A stretch of DNA of 64,000 bases from Octopus vulgaris (lineage: Eukaryota). Location: positions 104,904,001 through 104,968,000 of the forward strand of contig OX597816.1 of NCBI GenBank assembly GCA_951406725.2, written 5' to 3'. Below, piece by piece: positions 44,571-59,098 of this stretch; the first letter of the stretch is position 1, and each line of letters begins with the position of its first letter. The notes under the pieces are model-generated. The model did no database searches, was not told where the DNA came from, and saw nothing but the letters and a program-made list of their open reading frames with translations. Both the position numbers and the translations under genes were made by a program.

Positions 44571-44685
44571 CCCTTTCTTTCCTTCCCTGAGCGTCTCATT
44601 AATACTTTGCATGTACTACACCATCGCGTTGTTGCTTTTTCTTGTTGTTGTTTTCTCCATTTTATTTAACTAACTATATATATAA

Positions 44686-44899
44686 GTCGACGAGCTGGCA
44701 GAATCGTTAGCACGCCGGACTAAACGCTTAGCAGTATTTCGTCCGAATTTAGTTTCTGCGCTCAAATTCCGCCGAAGTCGACCTTGTCTTTCATCCTTTT
44801 GGGGTCGTTAAAATAAGTACTAGCCGAGCACTCTGGTCGATGTAATTCACTTAAACTCAACCCAAAAATTGCTGGCCTTGAGCCAAAAATTTGAAACCA

Positions 44900-44900
<1 letters not shown>
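44686..44900 (+). mobile_element. SINE family A
   Basis: GAGCTGGCAGAATCGTTAGCACGCCGG head plus core. Confidence 0.9.
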
Positions 44901-44971
<71 letters not shown>

Positions 44972-45380
44972 TTGTGGTTGTGGTGGGGGTTACAAGTTTC
45001 GATTAATGTTAACAAACGTTTATGGACTCAGTGATATGGGATTCGTTTACTCTCAGTGCGATTTTTATTCAAGCGCTAGTTGAAGACTCTGATCATAAAA
45101 ACACCTGTAAGATAGATTCCCTTACACATTGATATAAGTTCAATAAAGTTTGAAATCGATTTGCCCTTGTCCACTTTCAATGCTATTTTCAATGAAAAAT
45201 ATTCTTAAATGAAGTATTTAACCTTGCTAGAATAAATCTCGTTGCAAGAAATACACGTGTGTCCAATAAGAATGTAATGCAAAATATATCAATGTCTAAA
45301 TGCGTTCGTGTGTCCTGTTACTATTACAGTGGGTGACCTTGCTGAAAATTAACAAAGCTCTACCAAAATAAACAAATAAA

Positions 45381-45526
45381 TAGAAATCAAAAAGATAACA
45401 CCGGAAAAAATCAAATTTTAATTAATGAATTCCATTGGCCTACAGCTGTTTCTGCTATAAGCAGTAAGCTAACGAAGTTCATTACATGACATTTGGTTTT
45501 TTCCGGTGTCATCTCTGATTTCTGTT
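45381..45526. repeat. Fold-back with a partial hammerhead in the loop
   Basis: Inverted arms ACACCGGAAAAAATCAAAT / ATTTGGTTTTTTCCGGTGT; minus loop tgct-tat-agca-GAAA-cagctg-TA. Confidence 0.65.
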
Positions 45527-46179
45527 ACCACTCTATATAACATTGTGTTCTGGACCACACGTACATCAACTTCTACACCAGGTTATTAGTCTCGCTATGC
45601 CGAAGCAAAATATTAAATAAATGCTAAAATGACAAAGTTTGCTCCATCAAAGTGGAAGAAAAATTAGCACACAAAGTCTAAGTCTAAAAGTAAGCAAAAA
45701 AAGCTTCATATTTTACTTTTTGTTGGGTCTATCATAGTAATGTTAATGGTCACAGAAAAATCATTTTTTAAAAACTAATCTTATTACCAATTCCTTATTG
45801 GTACAGTGCATATATTACATTAACAGCCACTGTAATATTAATGTTAATTAAGTTTTCTCAATAGCTATTTAATAATAATATATTGTATTTGAAGGGAGGT
45901 ACAGAAAATTATTCTCCATGCATTATTCGAAATCCTTGTAGTTATTTTAGTTAAAGTTGGAAACTATAGGAATAATGCAAATTTAGGATATAAAAATCAT
46001 ATTCATGCACGCTACTTTTGTTAATGTCAAACGTGTGTTTATTTACATACTCTCTGAACAGCATATTGCTAGATACATAAACTTATGGTGTGTTAAAAAT
46101 CAACAAATATTTCCTACAATACAGAATATATCTGCAGAATTATAGTCAATGCTGCATGAATAGACATTCTTTTTTTTTT

Positions 46180-46635
46180 TTATTCTTTTATTCCTTTACT
46201 TGTTTCAGTCATTTGACTGCGGCCATGCTAGAGCACCGCACTTAGTCGAGCAAATTGACTCCAGGACTTATTTTTTGTAAGCGTAGTACTTATTCTATCG
46301 GTCTCTTTTGCCGAACCGCAAAGTTACGGGATGTAAACATACCAACATCGGTTATCAAACGACGTTGGGGCAACAAACACACACACACATACATATATAT
46401 ATGTGTGTGTGTGTATGTGTGTGTGTATGTGAGTGTGTGTGTGTGTGTATGTGTGTGTTTGTTTGTGTGTTTGTACATACGATGAGCTTCTTTCAGTTTC
46501 CGACTACCAAATCCACTCACAAGGCTTTGGTCGGCCCGAGGTTATAGCAGAAGACACTTGCCCAAGGCGCCACACAGTGGGACTGAACCCGAAACCATAT
46601 GGATGTTAAGTAACAACACAGCCACTCCTGCACAT
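46180..46635 (-). mobile_element. SINE family B, full length
   Basis: All family B blocks present. Confidence 0.9.
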
Positions 46636-47319
46636 ATAATATAAGCAGTTTGTTTTTATGCATAATAACTTCGTAGTTAGAAAAATGGATCACCGGACTA
46701 TGTTTTTATCTTTTACCCTTTTCAGTCAGTTGACTGCGGCCATGCTGGTGTACAACATTGAAGAATTTTTCAACTTAAAAGACGCTGACATCTTCAATGT
46801 AAATGAGAAAAATTACAAAATGCCTCGAGAACTACTGTTAACGACACTGAGGAGTTTAGCAATTATCAGAGGATTCTTATTCAAATTAGACGATTCTCTA
46901 CTATTTTAAAGGTGCTGAGTGACTCACTGCGTTTCATATTAATTTCATAGCTCTATATGACACATACTGAACAATGAAATAAGCTAAACTGACTAAAACA
47001 AAGGGACATATTAAACGTCATGATTTCTGTGGATGTAACCAAAATTTTACGACTGCAACGCAAGATGTGGCTAACGATGACGATGAAGAATCAGAAAAGG
47101 CATTTAAATGCCATTCGTTGATTGTATTGTTAAAAATATACTGAAGTTGTTTCATAACGGTATTACGAAAAATTCGTATAATGTAATATTTTCTTTTTTA
47201 TTAATTATGATTAGTAAAGGTTTTTGGAGCGATAAAACACTGTTAGCACTAAGCAATTAACTACATGAGCAATTATCTCTTGTGGATGTATTGAAGAGTA
47301 TATCGGAGTATTTATTTTT

Positions 47320-47535
47320 TTATCATTTACTTGCTTCAGTCGTTGAACTGCGGCCGCGTTGGAGCATTACCTTTTAGTTGAGCAAATAGACACTAGTACT
47401 TATTTTCTAGTCTGGTACTTAATTGATCCGTTTCTTTGTGCAAAACCACTTTCTTACGGGGACGTAAACAAACCAAATCCGGTTGTCAAGCAGTGGCAAT
47501 GAAGAAAACACAGGCATAAAGGCACACACATGCAT
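47320..47535 (-). mobile_element. SINE family B 3' half, degenerate
   Basis: TTTACTTGCTTCAGTC..CTGCGGCC, TTACGGGGACGTAAAC. Confidence 0.7.
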
Positions 47536-47752
47536 ATGTGAACTTTTTCCGAATCACAAGGATTCGAAAAGTTGATGCTAACCTTTTATTTAAGATGCAT
47601 TAAGCAGATAAGAGATAAATTTCTGCTTGGATAGAACCTTGTATTGCATGAAAATTTTACTGGGATAAAGGTTTCGACTAACCACTGTAAGCCAGTCAAC
47701 GAATCATTTGCCAATCCTATAGTGTTATGACAATGGGGAAATACCAACTTAC

Positions 47753-47814
47753 AGTTATACAGACTCGACCAGCAAGAGGTATGAGGCTCCACCGCGAACA
47801 CACAGTTTTAGCAC
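47753..47814 (-). CDS. Candidate 62-nt exon (AKTVCSRWSLIPLAGRVCIT)
   Basis: Acceptor tatttcccag| and donor |gtaagt; only one open frame. Confidence 0.2.
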
Positions 47815-48229
47815 CTGGGAAATATTATCAACTCAGCCATTTATGTTCTCAAAACTGTGCGTTTGTGCCTTTAGTGACAGAAGGTTTAGAGGACTCGAAG
47901 AAATGATTCCCAATTTTTATCGATATCGCTATTTTTTAATGGATAACAATCTTTCCGTGAGAATAACAGTATTTTATTTCTCTTATCAACTATGATCTAA
48001 TTGGTTTAGTTGGAAGAACCGTACCCATGTCTTTATGGTTGAAAACACCAAATCCTGAAATCTAGGTTATATTCTTATTCACAGCCTAAGTATTATTATA
48101 ACAGATAGCATGATTGTCCTATTCCAGTAAAAATATTAGCTCATAGCAGAAATTAAGGGTGCAAACATTTTAAGCATGCAGATATACTAACCGTTACTCT
48201 GCAACATTTGTTATATAACTTTATTTACG

Positions 48230-49040
48230 GTTATGCACGATGCAGGGAATGTAGTTGGTACAAACATGATATTTGGAAGAAGACATAAGTAAAAATATTC
48301 TTGGTGTGGAAATTTGAATGAAGTTAAAGGAATTTACTTTTTAAGATGAAGAAATAGAGTTTGTTGAATGCGTAATAGAACCTGTTTTATAGACAAAATA
48401 TCACTTGTGTTGACTGTCAATAGAAAGGCATTGCTACAAGAATTGAAATATGATAGCACAAATGAATTCAGACACATATATTTTCTAGGCTTTTTTATGA
48501 GTTATTCAGAAGAGATTAATGCTCATGACAATTGCAGTCTCTCCCACACTGATGAGATTGAAGCGGATGATGCTATTCTAAAGGAAATGAAATGGTGGAA
48601 AGACACGGCAAAATAAACATAAATCAGAGAAATGAAAATTTGCCGAAAACAAAAGAAATTATGGTAATTTTGTTTCGTCAAGTAAATGGAACAAGTTCTT
48701 TGAAGGGGACGTTCGAAATATAGAGTTTGAGGGGAAGCGTATCTTACCAATGATATAAAATTAAGTTGGCATTTTACTATATAGATAATTTGGAAACAAT
48801 GTTGTATTATGAATACAAATAGGAACCACAGAATATAGCAAAATAGATATTTGTAAAGAATGTTTACCCACAAAGCTGATCCCAATTCTTAGATATATTA
48901 CACAAGCTTAGATTGATTATGGATATAATATAAAAGTCAGTTTCCTTACAAAACGATTTACCAATTGAGAAAATGTTACTATAGACATATCACAAAAGAG
49001 ATAAGGAATGCAGCTCATTGATCTCGAAGTAAAACTTTTT
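48230..49040 (+). mobile_element. Possible ancient hAT (Charlie/SPIN-like) transposase relic
   Basis: DAGNVVG and MQLIDLE fragments resemble DGAxxMxG and MELIDLQ motifs. Confidence 0.25.
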
Positions 49041-51219
49041 CAACAGTCTAATTTGAGATGAAAGAAACTTCCTATACAGCAAGAATAAAAGGCAAATACG
49101 AGCTAACCTGGCAGTGAACGCAAATTGTAGCCACTAGAAAAATGTAACTCTAATACATTAGATATAAAGTGAGTCATAGAGATTATATTTTCTGGCATTT
49201 CTAACAATTGAAAGAACCAGGTGTTTCGATAACTATACATGAATTGTAAAAGTACCTGACAGCAATCTTGAAAGAAATCAGTTGGTAAATAGCATTTGAA
49301 AAATATACTATATTAAAGTATACCATGAACATAAATATCAGTATGTTTCTGTTTCTCAAGAAAGTAAACAGCACATTCCAGTCAGTAAGACATGGCTGTC
49401 AGCTGTAATATTCTTCTAGATGATTTAACACACAATTGTATGATACAGTCGTTCGAACGCATTCGAAATAGTTTTCTATACAACAGAAGGAAATATCTAT
49501 CTCATTCTATCTACACCGACATTCGAACAAGTTATTATTGTTTTAATTTTATAAAATAGATATATAGTAAAACTAAGCTAAACTCACCGAACACCTCACA
49601 CAAAAGTAGTGACATAGTTTACCATAGAGTACAGAGATTTTCTTAACTCACGTTCTCTGTGGAGGTTCGATGCATTTGTTATCTATGCCAGCTTCATTTA
49701 TCTTATATCAACTATCTTCTCCTTCTTGAAAATAAAACGTTGATATTAACCGCGTATCACAATTCAACAACTTGATAACTTTCTCAGCCTACTATTGTAG
49801 CATTCTAATGGTTTCTGATTACTCAGCTTGACGGAATTGTATTCATGCATTTCTGTCTTTCAGAAATGAATCATGTACTAAACGTCTTTAATTAAGTTGC
49901 TACCCTCAGTCGGCCTAGACATACATCAATCAATATCGTTAGGTTTTCACAGTTTCTTTATAAACACATTTCCATTGAGAGCGGTTTTGACTTTCTAACT
50001 ATCACAACTGAGGACAAAGGCCGTGTGAATAAGGTGTCGTTCTCACCACTGGATAGTCCGCCCGTCTCTTCCTTCCAATCCCACTTACTGGGCAGTAAAT
50101 CAAGTAAAACAGACAGATAACGACTTGCTGCTGAGGTGCTAAATTAAATAGAAATTGATTTGTAATTTAACTATGTATACAGTTTGAAAGTGAATAAATC
50201 CATTTCGCGATAATGAAAGCAGTGTTGCTGTTGAACAGATTTTATTTTTAATGACTTTTACATATTTGCACTAAACACTCCAAAATCATTAAAATTTATG
50301 ATGATATTTTTATTAGTAGCTGTATTAATGACCAGGTCAAGACATTAAATTTTATCGAGCAGTAAAGCCCGAGCTCGTTGAGTGAGGAGTTACCTTTTAG
50401 TCATTACTACTCTTAGGTCCACTCTGATTCGAGGTGATAGTACGTGTCAATGACCCCAGTTATGAGTCAACTAGCAGGTGATTGCCTTGTGGCTAAGGCA
50501 CAGAGAACTTGTTGGAGGCATGGCCTTTAGACATGTGTCCTCCAGGCCAACCAGTGTGTGTGCATGCTCTGGCGTCATGTAAAAATGTCCTCTTACCTAA
50601 GGGTTAAATAGATTCTGTACTTCAATAGTCAGCTCAGAAGAGCAGGAGACTATCAGAGTAAATTTTAAATATATCAGAAGACAACAGGAAACCACTGCTG
50701 TAGCTTCCTCAAAACTGTGTATTATGATAATCTTTTCGTTTAGCTACTTACATTAGGGAACTGAAGGCCGGCGCTCGTTCATGTTGATGTTTTCCGAACA
50801 ACACCTGGATTAATTTTTTCTCATACCTCTGCCGAAGTGTGTTTAATCACAATATAGCAGAGTCAGGTCTGGTTATCTAGTCATATATTAATTTCAATTG
50901 AATGGGTTCAGAACCAGTAATACCATGAAACCCTCCACATAAATAGAAATTCAGCAAGTCTTCATTATAGAACTTGTGGCTAACATTCTGCAACCTGAAT
51001 GGATGGCTCGAATAAATGAATTAAACACATAAATCAATTAATCAAAGAGAAACTGACCGTATATATGAACTTATTACCAGAAATAATAATGTATTCTTGG
51101 CTTTGTGCAAGACCATAACATCTCCAGACGAGGTTACATCAGATGGATCCCATCCCCCATTAATGTTTATAATTATGATGAGGAACGAAACTGCTGCTAG
51201 TGAATATTCGTTTCATACT

Positions 51220-51420
51220 TTGGAACAAGGCCAGCAATTTTGAAGAAGGAGTAAGTTGATTACATCGACTCCAGAGTTCAAATGGTAATTTTATCAACCG
51301 GCAACGATGAAAGGCAAAGTCGATCTTGGCAGAATTTGAATTCGGAGAGTAAAAGCGGACGAAATGCTGCTAAGCATTTTGCCCAGCTTTCTAACTATTG
51401 AATCAGCTCACCGCCTTACT
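51220..51420 (-). mobile_element. SINE family A
   Basis: GATGAAAGGCAAAGTCGA..CAGCTCACCGCC. Confidence 0.85.
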
Positions 51421-52006
51421 TTTTGCAGTAAATATTAATGTCAGAAATGTTAAATTTTTACATACAGATATAATACAAGTAAATTCAGAAACCAATTTTC
51501 AGAGATGTAATATATGGCCAATAATACAAAAGAAAACGCTCGGCACTCTATATAAACGTGTAACTACCCACCAGCTTATTTAGTTTCCAAATCTAAGTCA
51601 TTTCACTTGCCTAACTATCAATAATATATTTCAGAAGTCTATATACTACAATTTCCTCTGTATTCAATATACTAAAAATCGTCAAGTTTCGTACACATAT
51701 AAGAAATCAGTTGTAATTTCAGTTCTTTGTAATTGTTGAGACGTTCTCTCTCTGGTTAAAAAATGCATAAAGGTACTTTATTATTAAATTTAGGAAATAT
51801 GAACAAATTTTTTTATCGATTTTGCATATTCAAAACGCATACGCACACATAAATATGTGTGTGTGTGTATGTATATTTATATATATATTTCAAACACACA
51901 CATACACGCACACATATATTCAATTATGAATTAAAAGCAGCGCTAGTGTTGTAAACATTATCGACCGCACATATCCAAGTATGTACGGTCGATAATCCAT
52001 ACACAA

Positions 52007-52041
<35 letters not shown>

Positions 52042-52090
52042 CATATATATACACACAAATATACATATATATGTACATATGTATGTGTGT

Positions 52091-52176
<86 letters not shown>

Positions 52177-52339
52177 TTCATTACATTACAAATTATTAAT
52201 GATATTTAAATAATGTAAAAGGAAACACAGAATGACACAAACCTTTTGGCTGGAGGTTTTCGTAATGTGTTAAGCGCTTTTCGATGCATTGAGCTTCTCA
52301 GATGCTTTATATATAGAAGCTATATATATGCATACATAC

Positions 52340-52990
52340 AACACCTTTCGTCTAGCACTGATTTAAGCCACTCAAGCTGCTCGCAGTAGATCTCTTTTGG
52401 TATCGTTTGGTATGGGTTTGGAAGTTCAAAGTGGACTAAACCTTTCATATCCCACCAAACGTGGGTTAAGACACCCTTTCCTTATCTACTGACTTCGGTG
52501 CCTGACATTTTTATAGAGAACCCATTTCTCGTCTCCAGTTACTATTCGGTCCAAAAAAAGGTTCATTCGTGAGATGTGACGGCAAAGAAGAGCACACATT
52601 CACTCTCTGCGCGCGATTAGACTCGGAAAGTTTGTAAGGAACCCATCGACCGAATTTGCTGATTTTTCCGATGGCATACAAGTGTCCATGAATGGTTGAA
52701 TGACCAAATCCAACCTTCTCTGCTAGTCCCTCAACAGTTACGGGGGGATTTTGTTCCACCAAGGTTTTCAGGACGTCCTCGTCGAGCTCTACAGATCTTT
52801 CAGGACGAGGCTCGTCTTCTAGGCTGTAGTTTCCGGTTCGGAATTTTTGGATTCACCCTTGACACTGGCTTACGTTCATTGCTCAATCCCCATACACTCC
52901 ATTAATATTCATCGCATTTTCTCTTGAGTCGTTGTCTTTATTGAATTCATAAAGCAAAATATGCCAAATATTCTCCTATGTTACTTCCAT
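52340..52990 (-). mobile_element. Mariner transposase relic (pseudogene)
   Basis: HILLYEFNK N-terminus, LEDEPR, GRWVPYKL, VTGDEKW (frameshifted), WWDMKGLVHFEL. Confidence 0.9.
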
Positions 52991-53657
52991 TATAGCTTTG
53001 AAAGAATAACTGTTAAAATCGAATTTCTCTCATCAAAATTTGCACAAAGAGCTTGCACATATATCCGTTGATATATATATGGCGTGGTGTATGCATGAAT
53101 GTGTGTATGCATGTGCGTATCCATGTATATATACACACATACAGGCATACACACATACATACATACATACATACATACATACATACATACATACATACTG
53201 AATTTTAATATATTTCTAAGTGACTGCCTTTGTGTACATGCAAATGTGTGTGTATATATACGCATGAATGTGATGCAAAAAATGTTGACATGTTTTTGTA
53301 AATGTACGAGTGTGTGGGTGGGGGGGGGGGGTGTTTGTATGTCTGTCTGTCTGTTTGTCGGTCTGTTTGTGTGTTTGTGTATGTCCGTCTGTGTGTTTGT
53401 CTCTGTGTGTCTGTGTGTTTGTGTGTGTATGAATCTGCATCACTGAATGTGCTTTTTATGTGTGTTTTCCGTCTGATAATATAATCTTCTAAATGTCTAC
53501 CAAGCAAGTGGTGTATGCATTCATTTACCTTTAATATCTAATATAGCCACAGTATACTCTGCGTGAGTGTGTGTGCATGGATGTATTTGTTTTATATATG
53601 CCTACATGCAAGACTGTAATCATATATATGTAATGCGTATTTACGAATACATTTAAG

Positions 53658-53696
<39 letters not shown>

Positions 53697-53965
53697 CCTT
53701 TCTGTCCGGCAGTCGCCATGATAGATCGGCAGCCACTATACACATTTTTTTCTCTCCTTATTTCTCTCCTTGTTTTTTTCTGTCCCTTTCAATTCTTAAG
53801 CGTTATACTAATACATCTGTTTTTTTTTTTCTACACCACCTGTCTGCGTCTTTTGTTTTTTATAATATATTATCTATATATAGTGTTCGTGTGGATAAAT
53901 AGTTGTATTATTTTATTAATATCCACTTACATGTTACTGTTAGCTTATTATTAGAATATACATAT

Positions 53966-54017
<52 letters not shown>

Positions 54018-54681
54018 ATATATACGATGACCTCTCTCGTGGGTTTTGACGTAGGAGGATCCGATAACCTACTCTTTCTTTGTCAGTCATAATGCTTATG
54101 CCGAATGCGTCATTTAAGTCCCACCAACAATTTGCAAAAGAACTCACTCATCCTGCAAGTATGAGAATATATTTATACACATCCATACACATGTCCACAA
54201 GCACATATACACACATTCTCACTCTGTCTACGTACACATACCAACAAACACACACACACATCCACAGCCATCTATTCACACTCCTTTCAGACTGCCTCTC
54301 AAAGGCCATTCTACTGCCCCGACTACTACCGACCATCCCATCTACGACATGTGCAAAAACACACAACCATCAATACATACACCTATCACATACCTGCTGA
54401 CCACTAAATCAGACCACACAAATCACTCAAATAAGCGCATGTAAACAGTTAATAATGCACACACCACACACTCCCGCCAAACGCATACGCGCGACCACGC
54501 ACACATACATGCTATCAGTTACTGTCACACACACACACACATGCAACCACCACCACACGCACACACACACACACTTTGTTACCTCCAGAAACACACTCAG
54601 TTACTGCCACACACACATATGCTACCATACGCACACAAACGCTATCACACACACACTCGCACACAGCTACACATACACACA

Positions 54682-55052
54682 GACTTATTCTTTGTAAGCC
54701 TAGTACTGATTCTATCGGTCTCTTATCCCGAACCACAAAATTACGGGAACATAAACACACCAGCATCGGTTATCAAGCAATGGTGGGGAGACAAATACAG
54801 ACACACACAAATATATACACTCAAATATATTAAAATATATATATATATATATACACATATACGACGGGCTCCTTCAGTTTCAGTCTACCGAATCCACTTG
54901 TAAGACTTTGGTTGGGCCGAGACTATAGTAGAAGACACTTGCCCAACGTGCCACGCAGTGGGATTGAATCCGGAACCATGTGACTGAGGAACAAGTTTCT
55001 TACCACCCAACCACGCCTGTACCTATGGTGTGTGTGTGTGTTTCTATTTATA

Positions 55053-55144
<92 letters not shown>

Positions 55145-55301
55145 CATATATATATTTCATATATTTACTTGCTTCAGTCGTCAGACTGCGGCCATGCTGG
55201 GGCACCGCCTTGAAGTACTTTTAGGTAACTGAATCAACCCCAGTACTTTCTTATATTTACCTTTAAGCGTCGCACTTATTCTGTGAATCGCTTTTATCCA
55301 A

Positions 55302-55305
<4 letters not shown>
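54682..55305 (-). mobile_element. SINE family B copies (54682-55025; partial 55165-55305)
   Basis: Family B blocks. Confidence 0.8.
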
Positions 55306-55363
<58 letters not shown>

Positions 55364-55819
55364 TGTGTATATGTAAAAATCAGTATATGTGTATGTGCGT
55401 GTGTCTGTGTGTGTACATGTTGTTCGTATGTGTTTGTACATGGAAGGATGTGCACTTGATTCTATACGTACATATGAGTGCATATTTTTACGTGCATATT
55501 TAAATAAGTGTGTGTTTATGCGTCTCATTCTTGTGTGTATGTATGTGTGCGTGTGTCGTGTAGTCGTGCGTGTGTCGTGTAGTCGTGCGCGTGCTCGTGT
55601 GGTATAAGTTCGTAAGGTCGTCGACGTTAATGCACGTATGCTTATAAACACCTTGCTGTATCTGTCGGTAAGTGCTTCTACTGGAAGCATTGAGAAACTC
55701 GATTTTCAAGTGTCAACTATTGATTAAATCAACAAACCTGAGAAATTAATACTTGCTATTACAGCTATTGAAAAAGAAATCTAGTCAATTCACTATTATT
55801 ATTATTAATATTATTATTA

Positions 55820-55940
<121 letters not shown>

Positions 55941-57484
55941 TATTATTATTGAAAATTTATTCATAGTTTTTGTTGCTTTTTTTCTTGTGAAAATACCTTC
56001 AGCTACTACATTGATCCCTACTTGAATTTTCTACACTCGTGTCAAGTGGAAATAAACACGATAAACTCGACCGAATAATGTCCACCTCGTTAGCCAATGA
56101 GCTTTAGAATTACTTTAGTAGAGATATTGATCTGGTGTGTCATCACAACGGTCCTCAAGAAGAGTAATGAGTCTATATTTGAAAAAAAAAGATTGAAATA
56201 GTTTTTTTTATAAAATAAATGAAATGAATAAATAAAAAAAAGAATGAAAAGTAAGCAAGAAGAGAAAGTTTTGTTTCCCCTTGACCACTTAATGATTTGT
56301 AGTTTCACATCAGAATCGATCTTTTGTAGATATAACCGCTAACACCGACTTTATGATTAATGTATGTTAAACTCAGCATGTATTATATTATCATTTATAG
56401 TCTATATATTGTTTGTGTAAAGTTAAGTATGTTGTAACAAATTACTTTAGAAAGTATCTATAAAATATTCTACAGAATTTTAATCAATGAATTTCTGATA
56501 ATATTATATCTCGATGACGTCATAATTATTAGCATACACAGAATTCTAAGTTAATTTTTTAAACTTAATAATTTCTTTCAATAATTCTCTATAAACAATA
56601 GCGTAGAAGGAATAAGAGTAAATAATGTATACTTAATAGCTAAGGTATATGTCGATATACCAGCATGCAAGATTCAAAATTTTACAAATGCTTATAGTAT
56701 GTATCACAATGCAGCACTAAAACCTGCAGCCATGTGTCTAAGCGAAATGATTATAACCTCCACTGAAACCTGTGGCTGTGTGGTTATAACCTCCACTACT
56801 CATTGGAAACGTTATAATAGAAATTAAAACCAGTGGCTGTATATCTATAAGAAATTATTTTGCTCCCCACCCAAATGATAAAAAAGTTACTTTTGGAATA
56901 GCTGTAAGAATGCAAATGATAGAAAAGGACACATACGATTAGATATATTCTAGTAAGGAATTATTTTTACTTGTCCCGAAACTATGGAAAGTTAAATCGA
57001 AATAGACAAAAGGAGAAAGTCGAAATCTGAGTTTAGGACTCACAAGAGTCTCGACCAAATACTATAAGAAACTATGTATAGTTCGTTCCTTATTACATCA
57101 TTCACTGAACCAGTAGCAAAATAAATGGATTGATAATTATTTCTAATATTTGTACATTATGACTGACTTAGTACAGGTTTTCTAATAAACGCAGAGGACT
57201 ATAGTTTTTAAGAGAATGTATAATCTCTTATATACACAGATGAATGTATGCTTTAATATCGTATACAATCATTTGTAATATACAGTTGGTTATACGTCTA
57301 AAGGAGTAAATGATTATTACATATATACATGCATACATATATACATTTATATAAATATATTTACTTACAGATATAGGGTAAAGAATTATTCATTTAATAA
57401 TTAATAAATTTTACCAAGTAGTTTCGGTATGGAAAAAAAACATTATCGGTAAGAACTTAAACAAAAAGTTTTTTCTATATATAA

Positions 57485-57650
57485 TTATAAATATGATTAA
57501 GGGTTTAGCAACAAGTTGCTTCACCACATACCGCTGTTGTCTGTGGAGTCATATTTGTAGTTAAAAGAATTAGCTGTCTTTGGCTGGTATTTCTAAATCT
57601 TCGGTATATGGTGAAGCAACTTGTTGCTAAACCCTTAATCATCTTTATAA
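57485..57650. repeat. Fold-back with ~48 bp inverted arms next to (TA)n
   Basis: ATGATTAAGGGTTTAGCAACAAGTTGCTTCACCACATACCG and its reverse complement at 57602-57642. Confidence 0.9.
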
Positions 57651-57671
57651 ATATATTTATTTATATATATG

Positions 57672-57742
<71 letters not shown>

Positions 57743-58469
57743 GTATATATGTATGTATGTATGTCCATGGATATTACGGACTGGACTGTAATCCCCCAGA
57801 AATATGGACTATGATCTTAAAAGACATGTAATTTTGGGAAACGCGCGTAGCAATGCATTAAAATATTTATAAATTCCATCCACGGATTATTATTCTTTTA
57901 TTATATTCATCCTACATTATATCGGCGCAGCTCAGTGCAATCCTCAAAAGCTGATATCACCATTTGGCATCATAAGGTTGTAGCCGGCATAATAGAATAG
58001 GAGTTTTTTATGCATATTCAAAACGTTTGCCGTAAACTAACTTAAAGGGTGTGGTGGGGTTCACAGAAAGCTATAGGTTTTAATAGAGTATATAATCACT
58101 TCTAATATGCACGAATGACTACAGGTTTTAGTGGAGTATATAACCCTTTCTAATGGTATAATCATCTTTAATATACACATGTAGGTGTATATTAGACCAT
58201 ATGTGTACATTCGAAAAAATTAAAACTTCTGATCATCTATCAATGTTAGAAATGAATTTTATTCGGTTTCTTTAAGATTCAAACATTTAATGGTGGAAAC
58301 AAAAGCGAGCGGAAAGGAATTCCTTTGTGGTATTTAATTAAGGTTCATTTCGAAATTTTCTTTCCGTCGAACCCCTGTTACGTCTCTTCCTTTGAATGGC
58401 TTAAGATTTATAGTGTTGTGTCTTTGTCAAAAATAGTTTTTACTTTTACTATAGCCAATGGTAGGACCA

Positions 58470-58680
58470 CTAGATGGTAGAATCGTTAGCACGTCGAAAA
58501 AAACAGTTTAGTAGAATTTCTTCCGGTTCTTTACGTTCTGAGTTCAAATTACACCAAGGTCGACTTTGCCTTTCATGCTTTCGGGGTCGATAAAATAAGG
58601 AGCAGTCAAATACTGGGATCGATGTAACTGATTCACCCCTTCCCCTAAAATTGTTAGTCTTGTGCCAAAATTATAAAGGC
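58470..58680 (+). mobile_element. SINE family A
   Basis: Head and core present. Confidence 0.85.
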
Positions 58681-58894
58681 AACAACAAAATATTTCTATG
58701 GGTATTTTGTTTTGTTTTTTGTTTTTTTGTTTTTTGTTATTGTTGCTTGCTTGTTTTTGGAGGGTTTTTTTGTAATATTCTAATATATGGTATCTCTTTA
58801 TTACTCTCCATGTCCTCTAACAATTGTATTTAAGTCTCAAAATAGTGAAAACTAATTTTCCACAAGCATCAATAGAGAATATTGATTTCAAATT

Positions 58895-59098
58895 TTTTCA
58901 CAAGACCAGCAATTTCAGGGGAGGAGTAAATCGATTACACCGACCCTATTGCTTGAGTGATACTTATTTTATCGAACCCGAAAGTATGAAGGGCAAAGTT
59001 GAATTCATCAGAATTTGAACTCAGAAGATAAAGTCAGGAAAGATGCCGCTAAGCTTCTTTCCCAGGCGCGGTAACGATTCTCCCAGCTAGCCGCCTTG
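58895..59098 (-). mobile_element. SINE family A (inverted relative to the 58470 copy)
   Basis: ATGAAGGGCAAAGTTGA..CCAGCTAGCCGCC. Confidence 0.85.

Noticed and set aside
58464-58480. CTCF-like CCACTAGATGGTAG
   Set aside because: Overlaps a mutated SINE head; likely coincidental
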